Assembly: GCA_951406725.2 (NCBI GenBank)
Contig: OX597839.1
Span: 18,352,001 to 18,416,000 of the forward strand
Source: Octopus vulgaris
Lineage: Eukaryota
Length of the DNA stretch: 64,000 nucleotides
Reading direction: 5' to 3'
This document shows positions 1-15,095 of this stretch, piece by piece (position 1 is the stretch's first letter; each line of letters begins with the position of its first letter). Both the position numbers and the translations under genes were made by a program. Below the pieces are notes generated by a model that saw only the letters and a list, made by a program, of their open reading frames with translations, had not been told where the DNA came from and searched no databases.

Positions 1-1333
1 TTGTATATATATATATATTTTATTGAGTGTGTATATATATATATGAACATAAACACACATATGTTTATATATATATGTGTATATATTTATGTGTGTGTGT
101 GTGTTTCCCCCCCACACACACACTGCCATCTGACACCCAGTATTTCCTTTGAACGAAAGAGACCAATAGACTGTATACCAGTCTTTAAAAGAAACACACA
201 AGAACTGGGGTTGATTTGTTCAGTTAAAATCCTTCAAGGTATGCTCCAGCATGGCCACAGCTCAATAAAGTAAAAGACGAAAGATAAAAAGACATAGATG
301 ATAAATTTGTTTTTGATACAACTATATCTGATGAGAGAAGGCTGGATTGTCAAGGCTGGAACTCCTTTGATCATAGATCAAAACTGGATCAGAATTAACA
401 CAGAGATAAACTACAACAACAATAACAAAGTTTCCATTTACTACCTTTGTGAAGGTGCATGGCTTAGAGGTTTAGGGTATATGGCTCACAACTGTAAGGT
501 CACGAGTTCAATCCCCGGCAGCGCATGTGGTGTGTTGTGTCCTTGAGCAAGACACTTTATTTTATGTTGCTCCAATTCACTCAGCTGGTAAAATAGTAGT
601 ACCTGTAATTCAATGGGCCAACCTTGTCGAATTCTGTGTCACGCTGAATATCTCTGAGAACTACATTGAGGGTACTCATGTCTGTGGAGCACTCAGCCAC
701 AGGCTTATTAATTTCATGAGCAGATTGTTCCATTGATCAGATCAACTGGAACATTCGACATAATAACCAGTGGAATGCCAATTAGTTAGTTTGGAACTTA
801 AATTAATATGAAATTTTGAACGAAGCTTTGAATTCAGATTATTTTAAAACCTGAATTTTTTGCACCCCAGAACCATGGTAGGTCTCAGGAAGGTTTGTAT
901 CAAAAGGTTTCCTGCTTAAATTGATATTTTCTCTAAGAGTGTTTGCATGCGAATTGATCGTTAACAGCTGTTTACATATATGACATGTGTCCTTCAGATC
1001 AATAACGAGGGTCATTTTATTGTTTTATTGACATAGCAAATAATTTATTCATGAAAAGTGGAAAAAAATAAAACAAACAAACTTTGTAACCATAGTAACA
1101 TAAACAACAGTGAAATGTATTGACGGCTGAAGCATGGAACAAACTACCTGCACCAGTTGTTAGTTGCTGAGACATTGCATCCTTTAAAACCTCCATGCTT
1201 CCTGAAATTCGCCAACACTACACCTAATATCCCCTTCTCTATACGCATGTACACGTATATATCATGACTCATACACTGTTCACTTTTCTGCCTTTGGTAT
1301 ATAATTCTATATATTGTACATGCACCTTTGTGT

Positions 1334-1666
1334 GAAGGCGCATGGCTCAGTGGTTAGAGCGTCAAATTTATGACCATGAGGTAGGGAATTTGAATCCCGG
1401 ACCAGGTTGTGTGTTGTGTTCTTGAGCAAGACACTTTACTTCATGTTGCTTCAATTCACTCAGCTGTAGAAATGAGTTGCAACATCACAGGTGCCAAGCT
1501 GTATCAGCCTTTGCCTTTCCCTTGGATAACATCAGTGGAATGGAGAGGGGAGGCCGGTATGCATGGGTGACTGCTAGTCTTCAATAAACAACCTTGCCCG
1601 GACTTGTGCTTGGGAGGGTAACTTTCTAGGTGCGGTCCTGTGGTTAGTCATGACCGAAGAGGGTCT
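1334..1666 (+). mobile_element. tRNA-derived SINE family C (representative; other copies e.g. ~7030-7340 -, 49917-50250 +, 50261-50587 +, 61423-61760 +)
   Basis: Head with A-box TGGCTCAGTGG and a B-box-like GAATCCCGG; shared body TGTGTTCTTGAGCAAGACACTT...CACTCAGCTGTAGAAATGAG recurs many times in the window. Confidence 0.8.
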
Positions 1667-3082
1667 CAACATACACCTTTGATGAGTTGTTGTGCACCTG
1701 AGCACTATACACAATAATTTCATTATTTTTTTAATTTTAAATTTTAGCACAAGGCCAGCGATTACAGGGAAGGGAATTGAACTCATGACCTTACAATTGT
1801 GAGCCATATACCCTAACCATGCACCTTCACAATTTAAGCTGTAAACCTCTTGATACAAATCTGCTTGAGACTTACTATGGTTCTGTGACACAAAAATTCA
1901 GGTTTTAAAATAATCTGAATTAGAATCTTCATTGAAAATTTCATATTAATTAAGGTTCCAAACTAATTAACTGGCACTCCACTGGTTATGATGACAGGGG
2001 TTCTAATTGATCCGAGCAACGGAACAGCCTGCTTGTGAAATTAACATGCAAGTGGCTGAGCACTCCACTGACATGTGTACCCTTAACATGGTTCTCAGGG
2101 AGATTCAGTGTAATACTGAATGTGACATGGTTGACCCTTTTGTATTACAGGTACAACTCATTTTTGCCAGTTGAGTGGACTGGAGCAATGTGAAATAAAG
2201 TGTATTGCTCAAGGACTCAATGCAATGCCAGGAATTGAACTCATGACCTTACAATTGTGAGCCATATACTCTAACCACTAAGCCATGCGCCTTCACAATT
2301 TAAGCAGTAAATCTTTTGATACTACCCTGCCTATGAGCATCCCTGGTTCTGTAATTAAAAATTCAGGTTTTAAAATAATCTAAATTAAAATCTTCATTCA
2401 AAATTTCATATTTTAAGTTTTAAGCACTAACTTAATGACAAAATTAATTTCTTAAATTTTTACTAAATTCTTCATTATCTAAAAAAATAATTGAATCAAT
2501 GACTGTTTATTTCAACCAAAATATGGTAACAAAAGTGTTTAAGTAATCTAAATTAAAATAAAATTTCCAATCAAAATTTCATGTTAATTTCTGTTCTGAA
2601 CAAGGTGGCAAGCTGGTAGAATTGTTTCCAAGCAGAGCAAAAGGCTTAGCGGTATTTCATCTGTCTTTATGTTCAAATTCCACCAAGGACGACTTTGCCT
2701 TTCATCGCTTCAGGGTCAATAAAACAAGTACCTGTTGAGAACTCGGGTCCATCTATTGTACCGAATCATATCCTGTTTTCAGAAACAGGCGAATACTGTA
2801 CGATATCCTGTACCTTGTACTGAGTAAACAGATCCTGTTTGGGAAGTTAATTTGCATACGGTGTGTACAAAATAGTTTTGTTCTTTACTTTTTTATGTCG
2901 ATTGATATTGGACCTATCCCTCCCCTGTAATCGCTGGACTTGTGTCAAAATTTGAAATAAAAAAAGTAATGAAATTATTGTGTATAGTGCTCAGGTACAC
3001 TACAACTCATCAAAGGTGTATGTACAGTACATACAATTTAGTTCTTTACTTCTCATAGTTTATTTTATATTGTTAGTATATA

Positions 3083-3230
3083 GGCGCAGTAAGTAGCTTT
3101 CTTACCAGCCACATGGTTTTGGGTTCAGTCCCATTGCGTGGCATTTTGGGCAATTGTCTTCTACTATAGGCTCAGGCTGACCAAAGCCTTGTGAGTGGAT
3201 TTAGCAGACGGAAACTGAAAGAAGCCCGTC

Positions 3231-3280
<50 letters not shown>

Positions 3281-3505
3281 ATGTATGTGTATATGTTTGT
3301 GTGCCTGTATTTGTCCCCCCAACAACGCTTGACAACCGATGCTGGTGTGTTTACACCCCCGTAACTTAGTGTTTCGGCAAGAGAGACCGATAGAATAAGT
3401 ACTGGGCTTACAAAGAATAAGTCCTGGGGTCGATTTGCTCGACTAAAGGCGGTGCTCTAGTATGGCCACAGTCAAATGAATGAAACTAGTAAAAAGAGTA
3501 AAAAA
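3083..3505 (+). mobile_element. SINE family A with internal (TA)n (representative; others ~14515-14912 +, 25560-25945 +, 30135-30640 -, 53925-54362 -, 62967-63385 +)
   Basis: Dispersed repeat GGCTGTGTGGTAAG...GGGTTCAGTCCCACTG...GGAAACTGAAAGAAGCC-(TA)n-...CCAGCATGGCCRCAGTCAAATGACTGAAAC seen in many copies on both strands. Confidence 0.8.
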
Positions 3506-5977
3506 GAGTCCACTTTGATGCTCCGTGACCACAGCTCTCTTTCCTTTAAGCCTGCTTTGTCCAGTTTAGCATTCTGCAACACGTAGGTCACTATGAGTTC
3601 ACATTGTGTCTACTATCATGTATTGTAATTCTTGGATCGCAGATGTATAGATGTATGTCTGACAATTTCGAACTATGTTTGGGTTGTGTTTCCAGTTGCG
3701 GAGACAGAAGGTATTGTCGTAGAGTTCTAAGATTTTACACCAGCGATTTTAGTGTCCATCCACAACTTTTCTGCACTATCCCCATCACGAAATCGAAAAT
3801 TGTGATAAAACGTCCCACCCAAGTGAGCACGTATCGTGCATTTTAATTAACCTCTAAACCCAGAGGAAAGTACTGGAATTGCTTTGAAAAGTTCTGTCCC
3901 TTGACGAATGATTAAAAAAGTTATCCCCCTTGACATGTAATTTTCTCTGTACTGATTGAATAATTTTGTTCCTTACTTTTTTATGTCGATTGATACAAAT
4001 TAAATTCGCATTATTTTACAAGCGATCGGCGAAATACCGCTAAGCATTTCGCCTGTCGCTACGTTCTGAGATCAAATTTCGCCGAGGCCGACTTTGCCTT
4101 TCATCCTTTAGGGGTCGATAAAATAAGTACCAGTTGAAAACTGAGGTTGATGTAATTGATTCATTCCCTCTCCCAAAATTGTAGCCCATTTGGCGAAATT
4201 TGAAATCATTAATTTACAAGTGGTTAATTTTTACCCGAATCTGTTAAATATAATCATGTTCTTCCTCTCCTTCGTTCAATTTTCACCCTATAAACATTAT
4301 AGGGTGAAGGTAAAGAATACGTACACCCGGTGTTTAGGGTTAGGGTATTCTTTACCTCCGCCCATTATAGTGTATGTGGAGGCGCGTGACTTAGTGGTTA
4401 GGGTGTCAGCATCATGATCGTAAGATTGTGGTTTCGATTCCTGGACCGGGCGACACGTTGAGTTCTTAAGCAAAACACTTCATTTCACGTTGCTCCAGTC
4501 CACTCAGCTGGCAAAAATGAGTAACACTGCGATGGACTGGCGTCCCATCCAGCTGGGGAACACATACGCCATAGAAACAGGGAAACTGGGCCCATGAGCC
4601 TGGCTAGGCTTTAAAAGGGCACATTTATTATTTATTATTATTGTGTATACAGGTATTTTGAGAGTTTTAAATGGTTTAATAAATATCAAACTGCCCTTGC
4701 TTTAGAAGTTTACCAATTTTGAATCTGTTACATAAAATTTAGTTCTTTATTTCTCATAGGTTATTTTATATTGTAAGTATATATTTAGACGGTCTACAGA
4801 AAACAAAAAAATCCCCAAAATCCGGAATTCCCCTGGTCCTAAGCTTGTTAGATATTTGATCCATTATTGTATTATAGATTAACTTCAAACTCTATATGAG
4901 TACTGGGCAAATTACCAGCCATGGGACTTTCTGAATGGCCCATCTGACGAAAAATTGTCGCAAACTTTTGTCTAGTGGTGTGGCCTATTTGATAATGATC
5001 CCTGCCTCATGCAGCCCACTTCTCAAAAAAGTTTGCTCTTGCCTGCTTTAAGCAGTTGCTTGACCAGCTAGAATTAACTGCCAAATCACACACATCTTTA
5101 GAAAGGAAGGGTACATTGGATAATGTGGTCTTAGAAACAGTTTGTTTGAGAGAATATATTGGAAGAGCATGGCTTGCATGTTCTAATCATATCTACTGAA
5201 ACATAGTTGTCATACATTAATCCTTTAGCATTTATATTATTCTGTAAAACGCAGTGCTTATTTATTCACATTGTTTCAAATTAATCATGAATTATCAAGT
5301 AGCTGTGAGATTTTGATGAGGCACCTGTTAATTTGGCCAGTTTGGACATAAAACAAGTAGAATATTTTTTCCAGATATGGCTGGTTTAAATCCTGAAGAT
5401 CATATATACTTTATCAAATAAAGCATTTCTAAATTTGTAGAACAAGTCAATCCAACTTATTATATCTAAAAAGGTAAAAAAAATCAATATGATTCTGAAT
5501 GGTTGAATGCATACAATTAAGTTAATTTGCTGATCACATACATTTAATTTTGGCACAGGTGTGTCTTATAGGTATTCGTGTCGTTGTATGGTAAGAACAT
5601 TGCCTCCCAACCATGTACTTCTAGGTTTAGTCCTACCACATGGTGTCGTGGGCAAGTGTTTTCTTCTATAGAGAGCAGTGAGTTGGCAGAAACGTTAGCA
5701 TGCCAGGCAAAATGCTTAGAAGTATTTCGTCTGTCATTACGTTCTGAGTTCAAATTCTGCTGAGGTCAACTTTGCTTTCATCTTTCAGGGTCGAATAAAT
5801 TAAGTACCAGTTATGCACTGGGGTCGATGTAATCGACTTCATCCCTTTGTCTGTCCTTGTTTGTCCCCTCTGTGTTTAATCCTTTCTGGGCAATAAAGAA
5901 ATAAGTGTCTTCTATAGCTCATGGTGAAGCAAAGCTTTGTGAAAGGATTTGATAGAATGAAACAGAGAGAAGCCTAT

Positions 5978-6017
<40 letters not shown>

Positions 6018-6561
6018 TCTGCATGTATATGAGAGAGAGATAGTGTGTGTATGTGTGAGAGAGAAGAGAGAGAAAGAGAGAGAGATAGTGTGTGTGCTTG
6101 TGCATGTGTGTGAGAGACAGTGTGTGTGTGTGTATGTTTGTGTCTCTTTGTCTTGATGTCACATTATAGTTGTAAAATGATTGACACTGTTATACAAGCA
6201 GTGTCATTCATTCACTTCCAATATTCTGTGAGAACATGTCTGGTCACGGGGAAGCTATAACTTTGCTTGGAAACAGGCAAGGGTTGGCAACAGGAAAGGC
6301 ATCCAGCCATAGAAAATCTGCCTCAATCAACTCCATCCAATCCATGCAGTCATATAAAAGTAGACGAGAACATTTTAAATTTTGCTAATGAGACCAATGT
6401 GCCATAAACAAACCAATTAAAATAGTAACCAAATCCTCAAATCACATAATACTGGGGGTGTATGAATGTTGAGTAACATCTCTGGATGAGCCACCATTTA
6501 TATTTCTTCAGGAACCTTTCCTAGTTCGCATTCAGTCTCAGTTTTAGAAACTAGCTCACCC

Positions 6562-6969
6562 TGGGTGGTGAGCTGGCAGAAACGTTAGCACACCGGGCGA
6601 AATGCTTAGCGGTATTTCGTCTGCCGTTACATTCTGAGTTCAAAATTTCGCCAAGGTTGATTTTGCCTTTCATCCTACCGGGGTTGATTAAATAAGTACC
6701 AGTTATGCACTGGGGTCGATATAATCGACTTAATCTGTTTGTCTGTCCTTGTTTGTCCTCTCTGTGTTTAGCCCCTTGTGGGTAGTAAAGAAATAGGTAT
6801 TTTGTCTGCTGTTACATTCTGAGTTCAAATTCCGCTGAGGTTGACTTTTCCTTTCACCCTTTTGGGGTAGATAGATTAAGTACCAGTTACACACTGGGGT
6901 CAATGTAATCGACTTAATCTCCTTGTTTGTCCCCTCTGTGTTTAGCCCCTTGTGAGGAATAAAGAACTA
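6562..6969 (+). mobile_element. SINE family B, dimeric copy with 16-bp TSD (others ~5672-5903 +, 20795-21021 -, 57840-58060 -, 59089-59317 +, 59816-60031 +)
   Basis: GGTGAGCTGGCAGAAACGTTAGC...GAGTTCAAATT (B-box-like) and a tail ending GCCCCTTGTGRG..AATAAAG; flanked by AGAAACTAGCTCACCC at 6546-6561 and 6970-6985. Confidence 0.8.
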
Positions 6970-9900
6970 AGAAACTAGCTCACCCCTATACCTCCAAGAA
7001 ATTGTAAGATGCACAGGGTATAGAGTAAAGGCACCCTTCGGTTACAAATGATCATGGGATTGCACCTAGAAAGTTCCATTCCGAGGCACAAATCCAACAG
7101 TCACTCATGCTTACCAGCCTCTTCTCTCAATGCCACTGATGTTATCCAAGGGAAAGGCAAAAGCTGATACAGCATGGCACCAGTGATGTCACAACTCATT
7201 TCTACAGCTGAGTGGACTGGAGCAACGTGAAATAAAGTGTCTTGCTCAAGAACACAACACACACAGCCTGGTCTGGCTATCAAACTCATAACCTCATGAT
7301 TGTAAGCTTGATGCTTTAACCACTGAGCCATGTGCCTTCGCTAACACAATAAACTGTCTTAACAGGCAAACTAAAGTAGATGATAGCCATCAACTCTGAA
7401 ACCTTTGCAGAGTTACTCTAAGATCTAAAGATTATCTCTAACAGTGTATCTTGCAGTCAAAAAAAAGTAGTTTAAACTGCATCTGGTTGTGGGGCTCTGG
7501 TTCAAGAATTCCAGGATGGAACCACCTCAGAGCTGTTATTGTTCCTAGGTCTACTCTAACCTAGAGTAGAAGCACCTGTCAAGGTTCTAGTTATAAGTAA
7601 AGTGGGAGATCCTGGTCCAGCAATTCCAGGGTTTTGAGAGATGGGGGACCAACTCTTAGCCTCTATTATTCTCAGGTCTACTCTGACCCAGAGTAATAAT
7701 CCCTGCCAAGATGAATTAATAGTGGGGTCCTGGAACAGGAGTTCCAAGGGTTTGAAGAGTGTGGAACCATCCATTAGCCACCATTGTTCCCAGTTTTCTC
7801 TGACCTGAAGTAATAACACCTGTGAGGGTTCTATCTATGGGTTAATTAGTATGTGACCACCTGAGCCAGCGTATGCTGAAATCATGAGATGCAGCATGGT
7901 GGATTGAACTATTTTGGCAAATGACTCTTATTGACTCTCGTTAGATGCTGAACAGATAATTATCTATCAAAGGGCCAGGAAACCCCTGCTATCATCGGCA
8001 GTCATGGTGTGTGCAGATGAGATATTTCAGCTGTCAGAAGCCCAGTGTGACTAAAACTTGAACCAAGCATTCATGTCACATCTGGTGTGAAAGGGTTGCA
8101 TTAGTCTGGGCAAGTCACTCAACTGGATGATGATGTGGAGGATGGCGATGACATCAGCATTGTGGAATGTGAAGAATAATACAAGACACTATAGAAGTCC
8201 TAGTCTTTCCTTGCATCCAGATGTGTCTCCATCTGCCTTGACTTTGGCTTCATTCCATATCAAAGCAAGAAGAGAAACTGAGACCAAGTAAACATGAACC
8301 ATTCACTTGCAAGTTACAATATCAAGCAATGCTTTGGTCATCCTTCTGCAGATGAATGAACAAGGACTCCTCCTCATCATCCTCATTGTCATCATTTAAT
8401 GTCCACTTTCCTTGCTGGCATTGGTTTAATAGTTTGACAAGATTTGGCAAGCCACAGTGCTACATCAAGCTCCAGAGTTTGTTTTGGCATGGTTTCTACA
8501 ACAGCATGCCCTTCCTAACACTGACTATTTTACAGCGTGTACTGGATGCTTTTTTGGCATTACCAGAACTAGTGAGATTTCCAAGTAACTTACAAGACAG
8601 CAAAAGAAAAATGAATATGAAAAGGAAACAGCCTCCTCCACTGTGTTAATAAAAAGGTAACACTAAATAATTATTTCTAATATATGCACAAGGCCTTAAA
8701 TTTGGTGGGGAGGGGGCTAGTCAATTGCATTGACCCCAGTACTTGACTTGTACTTATTTTATCGACCCTGGAAGAATAAAAGATAAAGTCAGCCTTGGTG
8801 GGATTTGAACTCAGAACGTAAAGCTGAAAGAATAGCTGCAAATCATTTTGTCTGACATGCTAAAGATTCTGCTACCTTGCTGCTTTGTTAACACTAAACA
8901 GTGTTGCCATAGATACAACTATGCTGGAAAAAAGGATCGCAGTTGGTGTTGTGGTGAGAGTCACTGAAACCCCTGGGGCATTGGAAGAATAGACTAGCCG
9001 AACTCTTATAAAAAGTAGTGTATTGGTTGAGACCAAGGTCGGAAGGAGTTGTTAAGAGGGTGTTCTGGTGTCTTGTGATGTACTTTGTGTGAACACATTG
9101 ATTTTACCTGCACATCGTTAAATTATATATCCAATGTTTGTCTAGGATATAAAAGTTGGGAAAGCTTTAGTCACAAGTCTGCTTGATCAGAATTGACTCG
9201 GGCTGAACCACAACCACTACTTCTAATTAAATATATCATCATAGACTCCTGGGTGTCACTGTCTTGAGACCCACGATCCACTTACCTGGTTTCTATGGCA
9301 TGATAAGTGATTGAGCTTACAATGTTCCCCTCTGAATTAAGCACCTGTCAGTCACAGGGTTACTCATTTACAGCTGAGTGGACTGGGGCAACATGAAATG
9401 AAGTGTTTCGCTTAAGAACAGAACACACTACCCAGTCCAGGAATTGAAACCACAATCATGTGATCATGAGTCCAACACACTATATACTAATTTTTACCAG
9501 CTGAGTGGACTGGGGCAACGTAAAATGAAGTGTTTTGCTTAAGGACACACTACACTACCCAGTCCAGGAATTGAAACCACAATCTTGGGTTAATGAGTGC
9601 AATACCCTAACCACTAGGCTACACACCTTTGCAATTAAATATATTCAGCTGTAAAAAGAAATTCAGCAATGATATAACAGCTGAGAAATGATTTGAACTT
9701 ATGATCTTATGGTTAATAAAGAGAAATAAATACTTCTATCACTTATTTCAGTCCTTGAACTGTGGCCATGCTGGGGCATGCCTTGAAGGATGTAGATAAA
9801 CAAATCAACCCAATTACTTACATTATCCTCTATACTTTCGTTCAGAAATGTCTATTAAATATACATTTGAAGGAAAATATACGTTCACTGTACTTTGAGA

Positions 9901-11992
9901 TGTCTGTCACTTATTTCTTACGCGAAATATTTCGTTCATGATTGTTATTCCCGTTTTTTTTGTTTGTTTTTTTTTTTCATCTCTAACTATCATTTCTATC
10001 AGTAATTCATAATCGCCAATCATAGCTGATCCAAAATAATTTGTATACTTATTCTTCCTTATATACAAATTAAAAATAAATAATTAAAAAATATTATATT
10101 GTTTTGCAGGTAAACTGAAACAAAAAAAGTGAATGCTAACCCTTTCGTTACTATATTTCTGACCAAAATACACCCCTCATAAATTTCAATTAAATTCTAA
10201 AATAATCATGAATTTAGACTAGTTTCATTAAACAACTGTAAATTTTTTTTACTTATCAACATATTAATGTGATATTTGGAACATAATTAAAGAAAGGGTT
10301 CTTAATCAATTCTGTTGCATAACTTTTGTCTCAAAGTGACTTTAATTACGGGTAAATCCAGGTAAACTGAGCAAAAGGTAAAAATATTGAACCAGAATTG
10401 CGCTAAGCCTTTTAGTCCGACGCTCTAACAATTCTGCCAACACGTCGCAAAGGCTGTCACTGGCAAAGAGGTAAGGGGGAAATAACTCAAAACACGCACT
10501 TTGAGAAAACTTGGTTCCTACTTTGTTCGTCTGGAAGAATTTGCTAATAAAAACCAACTGTTGTTCTTTTATCAGAAAACCTTGAGGTAAAGAAATATAT
10601 TTTTAATAACAGAGAGAAAAAAAAGATACTGTAGACAAATAGATATCATGGAAATTCCGGTAATTTTAATCCTGAAACATTTTACGCATCATAACAATTG
10701 AAAATGTTTTTGTTTTTAAACTATGTCGTGGTCGTATTTCCCTACAACTATAAATGTTGACTAATTTTTAAAGTTTAACCTTATAAAGCTAATTTTTGTT
10801 CTCGCTTATTATTAGAATTATTACAAAAAGTTATTTTTCAAAAATTTTATCTTCGAAAATTATAGAATAATTGTTTTAAAAATAAGTTATAAGAAATATT
10901 TTATTTATTTAACAACCTGTAACTCGACAGGTTGCCGGAATTTTCCCGCAAAATTTCAGTTGCTTCTAATAGCAGTATTAAGGTAACGAACTGGCAAGAG
11001 TCGTGAGACCGATTTCTTCTTGTATTACGTTACGTTCTGGGTTCAAATTGCACCGAGTTTGACTTTGCTTTTCATTCTGGTGAGATCGATGAAATAAAAA
11101 AAGGGACCATTTGAGTGCAGGGGCTGATGTAATTGATTTCCTCATCACCTCAAAATTACTGGCCTCGTGCCAAAAATTAGAAATAATTATTATCAGCAAC
11201 ATTTCGTACGTTTTTACCTTCTGAGTTCAAATTCTGTCGAGGTCGACTTTGCCTTTCATCCTTTCGGGGTCGATAAAACAAGTACCAGTTGAACACTGGG
11301 GTCGATGTAATCGACGTACCTCTCCCCTAAAATTGCTGGCTTTTTCCCCTTTTATTTAAAAATATATTTCTTTACCTTCAGGTTTTCTGATCATTTGAAA
11401 CCATTATTATTATTGTTATTGAGTTCAAATTCCGCCGAGTTTGATCTAGCCTTTCATCCTTTGGGGTCGATAAAATAAGTACCAATTGAGTACTGGTATC
11501 AGTCAAAAAATTAGTCCTCTACACTGAAAATTCCAGGGCTTTTGCCTATAGTAGAAAGCATCATTATTATTGTTGTTTAACTCTTAACCGTGACCATCCC
11601 ATTTTTTAAATATATATTTTGGACTACGCTGCCTAATGTGTTTCCTTCTCTCTCCCATCACATTTCCCCCTAAGACAGCTAAGATGTAATATGAGGGCAT
11701 TTCACTGGCCCCTCTATTTTTCGTTATTGGACCCACAAATTCCAGGCCGCGTGCCCTATGTAAAAAATCGTCATTTATTTTAACTCTTTGCCTGTATCGC
11801 ATGTAATACACAAGACATATTTCCATGATTTTATACAGCATATAATAATACACATTGCCATTTTTTTTCAACCGTCCGAGTAACTTGAGCCTTTATGAAA
11901 GGAAAGTTTTATATTACTCAGAATATATGAAACAAGGGTTAACTTAAAATCTGAAAACAAATGTGGATGTTTTGGACAAACTTATAGAAATA

Positions 11993-12218
11993 CAGGGTGG
12001 GCCAAAAGTCACGCTCAAAATAAGTTCAATACTCCTGTCAAAGATATATTTCAGTTTTTCTAAAATTCAATAAAATAAATAAAATAATGATGAACACAGG
12101 CGTACTTGTACATGATTAACAAAATTATTTAATTAATTAATTAATTAATAATAATAATAACAAGAATAACATCGTAAAATGTAAAACTGTTTTGGTGCGT
12201 GACTTTTTGCCCACCCTG
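11993..12218. mobile_element. Tc1/mariner-type MITE
   Basis: TIRs CAGGGTGGGCCAAAAGTCACGC / GCGTGACTTTTTGCCCACCCTG, left end preceded by TA. Confidence 0.7.
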
Positions 12219-12373
12219 ATACAATCGGGTTTTATGTATGCTTCTTGTTATAAACATTTCTCGATTGTTTTATCTCTGCCATAACTACAGATATGCGCCC
12301 CACCGACTTTGTTTCTTTATAACTTTCTGAGAAATGTATACTTTTTAATGAAATTTTCCAGAAATACATTTTA

Positions 12374-12800
12374 GGCAATCTTTCGTCTCTAGTAGACCTT
12401 TCCGTCAATTTCCGTAAAAAAATTTTTTTTTTTACATATGGGCTTGCGGGAACTTTTGAAGTAATGAGAGCGAAAGAGACTAAGAGAAAGCGATTGTATG
12501 ACGAGGGAAGTTCTTTTGAAGTTACCGTGCATGGGAAACATTGATGTACATGTGTGTGTGTGTGTGTTTGATGGGGTGTGGGAGACAGACAGTATGTTGT
12601 GTTAGTGAAGTGCTTCTGTTAGTGTGTGTGAAGAGACAGAGAGAGTAATGTGTGAAAGAGAGAGATAACTGAAATTTTTTACTCGGTGTATGTGTATATG
12701 TATGTATATTACTTCAAAAGTTCCCGCAAGCCAATATGTAAAAAAAATATATTTTTTTACGGAAATCGACGGAAAGGTCTACTAGAGACGAAAGATCGCC
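12374..12800. mobile_element. Non-autonomous DNA transposon, ~90-bp TIRs, 8-bp TSD (Merlin-like by 5'-GG ends)
   Basis: GGCAATCTTTCGTCTCTAGTAGACCTTTCCGTC... / ...GACGGAAAGGTCTACTAGAGACGAAAGATCGCC; ACATTTTA on both sides. Confidence 0.75.
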
Positions 12801-15095
12801 ACATTTTAAATAGTGTAGATTAGGGTTACGTCGGAATTTGTAAAAAAACGTTTTTCGGAGTTGGGGAGAGGAATCTCGGATAATTTGCACACCACGAATT
12901 GTTTCCTTATAACTTTCTGTAAACAGGATATTATTTGATGAAATTTTCTACAAATATATTTCAGATGATGTAGATTATGATAATATCAGAAAACTGTGTG
13001 AAAAACGCAAGGAAATAAATTTGGTGGATTGTGTTAGATAATTCGTACATCTTAACCTTGTTTCTTTATACACGTCGGTGAGGTTTGGGAATTATTCCCC
13101 CGCCTCCTCCGAACCATTTATTTTTTCACATCAAATTCCAATATAACTGTCATCTCCATCATCAGAAATGTATTTGTTGAAAATTTTGATTTAAAAAAAA
13201 TATTCATTTTTCAGAAAGTTATGAAGTAAGAAGTTTGCTTTCCAACCACACCACATGGCTCTGGGTTCAGTCCCACTGCGTGGCATCTTGAGCAAGTGTC
13301 TTCTGCTATAGCCTCAGGCCGACCAAAGCCTTGTGAGTGGATTTGGTAGATGGAAACTGAAAGAAGCCCATTGCATCTATGTGTGTGTCTGTCTTTGTTC
13401 CCAACCACCACTGCTTGATTACCAATTTGGTTTCTTTACGTTCCTGTAACTTATCGGGTCAGCAAAAGAGACCGATAGAATAATTACCAGGCTTTTAAAA
13501 AACATGGACAACAAATGTTAACTGATAATGATGACAGAATGTAACATGGCTGACTCTTTGAAATACAAGTACTACTCATTGACCCGAGAAATGTGAAGTA
13601 GAGTGTTTTACTCAAGGACATAACATACCACCAGGAATTGAACTCCCAATCTTACGATCATGTACCAAATACCCTAACCATTAAGCTACATGCTTTCAGG
13701 CATGTGGCACAGTGGTTAGGGTGTTGCAATCACGAGTACGAGATCGTGGTTTCAATTCTTGGACCAGGCAATGCGTTGTGTTCTTGGGCAAACCACTTCG
13801 TTTAATCTAACCCTAGTCCACTTAACTGTAAATGAGTAATCCTGTAACAGACTTACATCCCACTCAGGGCCATTGTTGTGATCTCAGTCCCTTATTCACC
13901 ATGGAAACTGGGTAACCAGCTCTGTGATTTCTAGGACTCAAAACAGCAGTGAAGTAAAAAGGTAAAGTTACCTTTTCGAGTCGTACTAACTCATTAAGGG
14001 CCGGTTTCCTGGTTTCCATGACGTATAAATTCCCCTCCTGGACAGGATGCTAGTCCATCACAGGATTACTTACTTTTGCCAGCTGAATAGACTGGAGCAA
14101 TTAGAAATGAAGTGTCTTGCTCAAGAATACAATACACTGCCCAGTCCAGGAATTGAAACCACAATCTAGAAGTCATGAGTGCAACATCCTAACCATTAGC
14201 TGAGTGGACTGGAGCAACGTGAAATGAAGTGTTTTGCTCTTAGTCCAGGAATTGAAACCACAATCTTACGATCATGAGTCCAACACTCAGTGCCAGATTT
14301 ACCATTGTGCTTAAGTACAGGGGGCCTGTCTAAGTAAGGGGCCTCATAATTTAATTATCACAAGGCCTCATTTGTCTGAAATCCGACACTGCCAACATGC
14401 TAACCACTAAGCTACTACTTATACTGACTATCTCAGTGGCCTGCAGGACATATTTCCCATCCAAACTATCAATTTGTGATCACCAACAGAATCCAGGAAG
14501 TACTTTTTAAGAAAGTGGCTGTGTGGTAAGTAGCTTGCTTCCCAACCACATGGTTCTGGGTTCAGTCCCACTGTGTGGTACCTTGGACAAGTGTCTTCTA
14601 CTTTAGCCTTGGCCGAAGCAAAGCCTTGTGAGTGGATTTGGTAGACAGAAACTGAAAGAAACCTGTCGTGTAGGTGGAAACTGAAAGAAGCCCATTGTTT
14701 GTGTGTGTATGTTTGTGTGTCTGTGTTTGTCCCTCCAACATCACTTGACAACCAATGTTGGTGTGTTTACATACCCATAACTTAACGGTTTAACAAAAGA
14801 GACTGATAGAACAAGTGCTAGGCTTACAAAGAATAAGTCCTGGGGTCAATTTGTTCGACTAAAGGTGGTGCTCCAGCATGGCCGCAGTCAAATGACTGAA
14901 ACAAGTAAAAGAATACACAGACACCACACGCACACACTTTCCTTCTACCACTTCCACTCCAATTCCATTCCTGAGTGAGCTTCTTAACCACATTGCCATG
15001 TCTTAATTTATTTTTTTTTAAAATTATATTTATATGTTGGTATATTTAACATTTATTTAAAAAAAAAAATTTTTCATTTTGTATTTTTGTAGATC

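Noticed and set aside
10400-11400. Possible promoter and non-coding exons of the Schlafen gene (CCGGAA, TTTCCCGC near 10936-10949; candidate donors and acceptors)
   Set aside because: Short motifs expected by chance; cannot be supported without transcript data.
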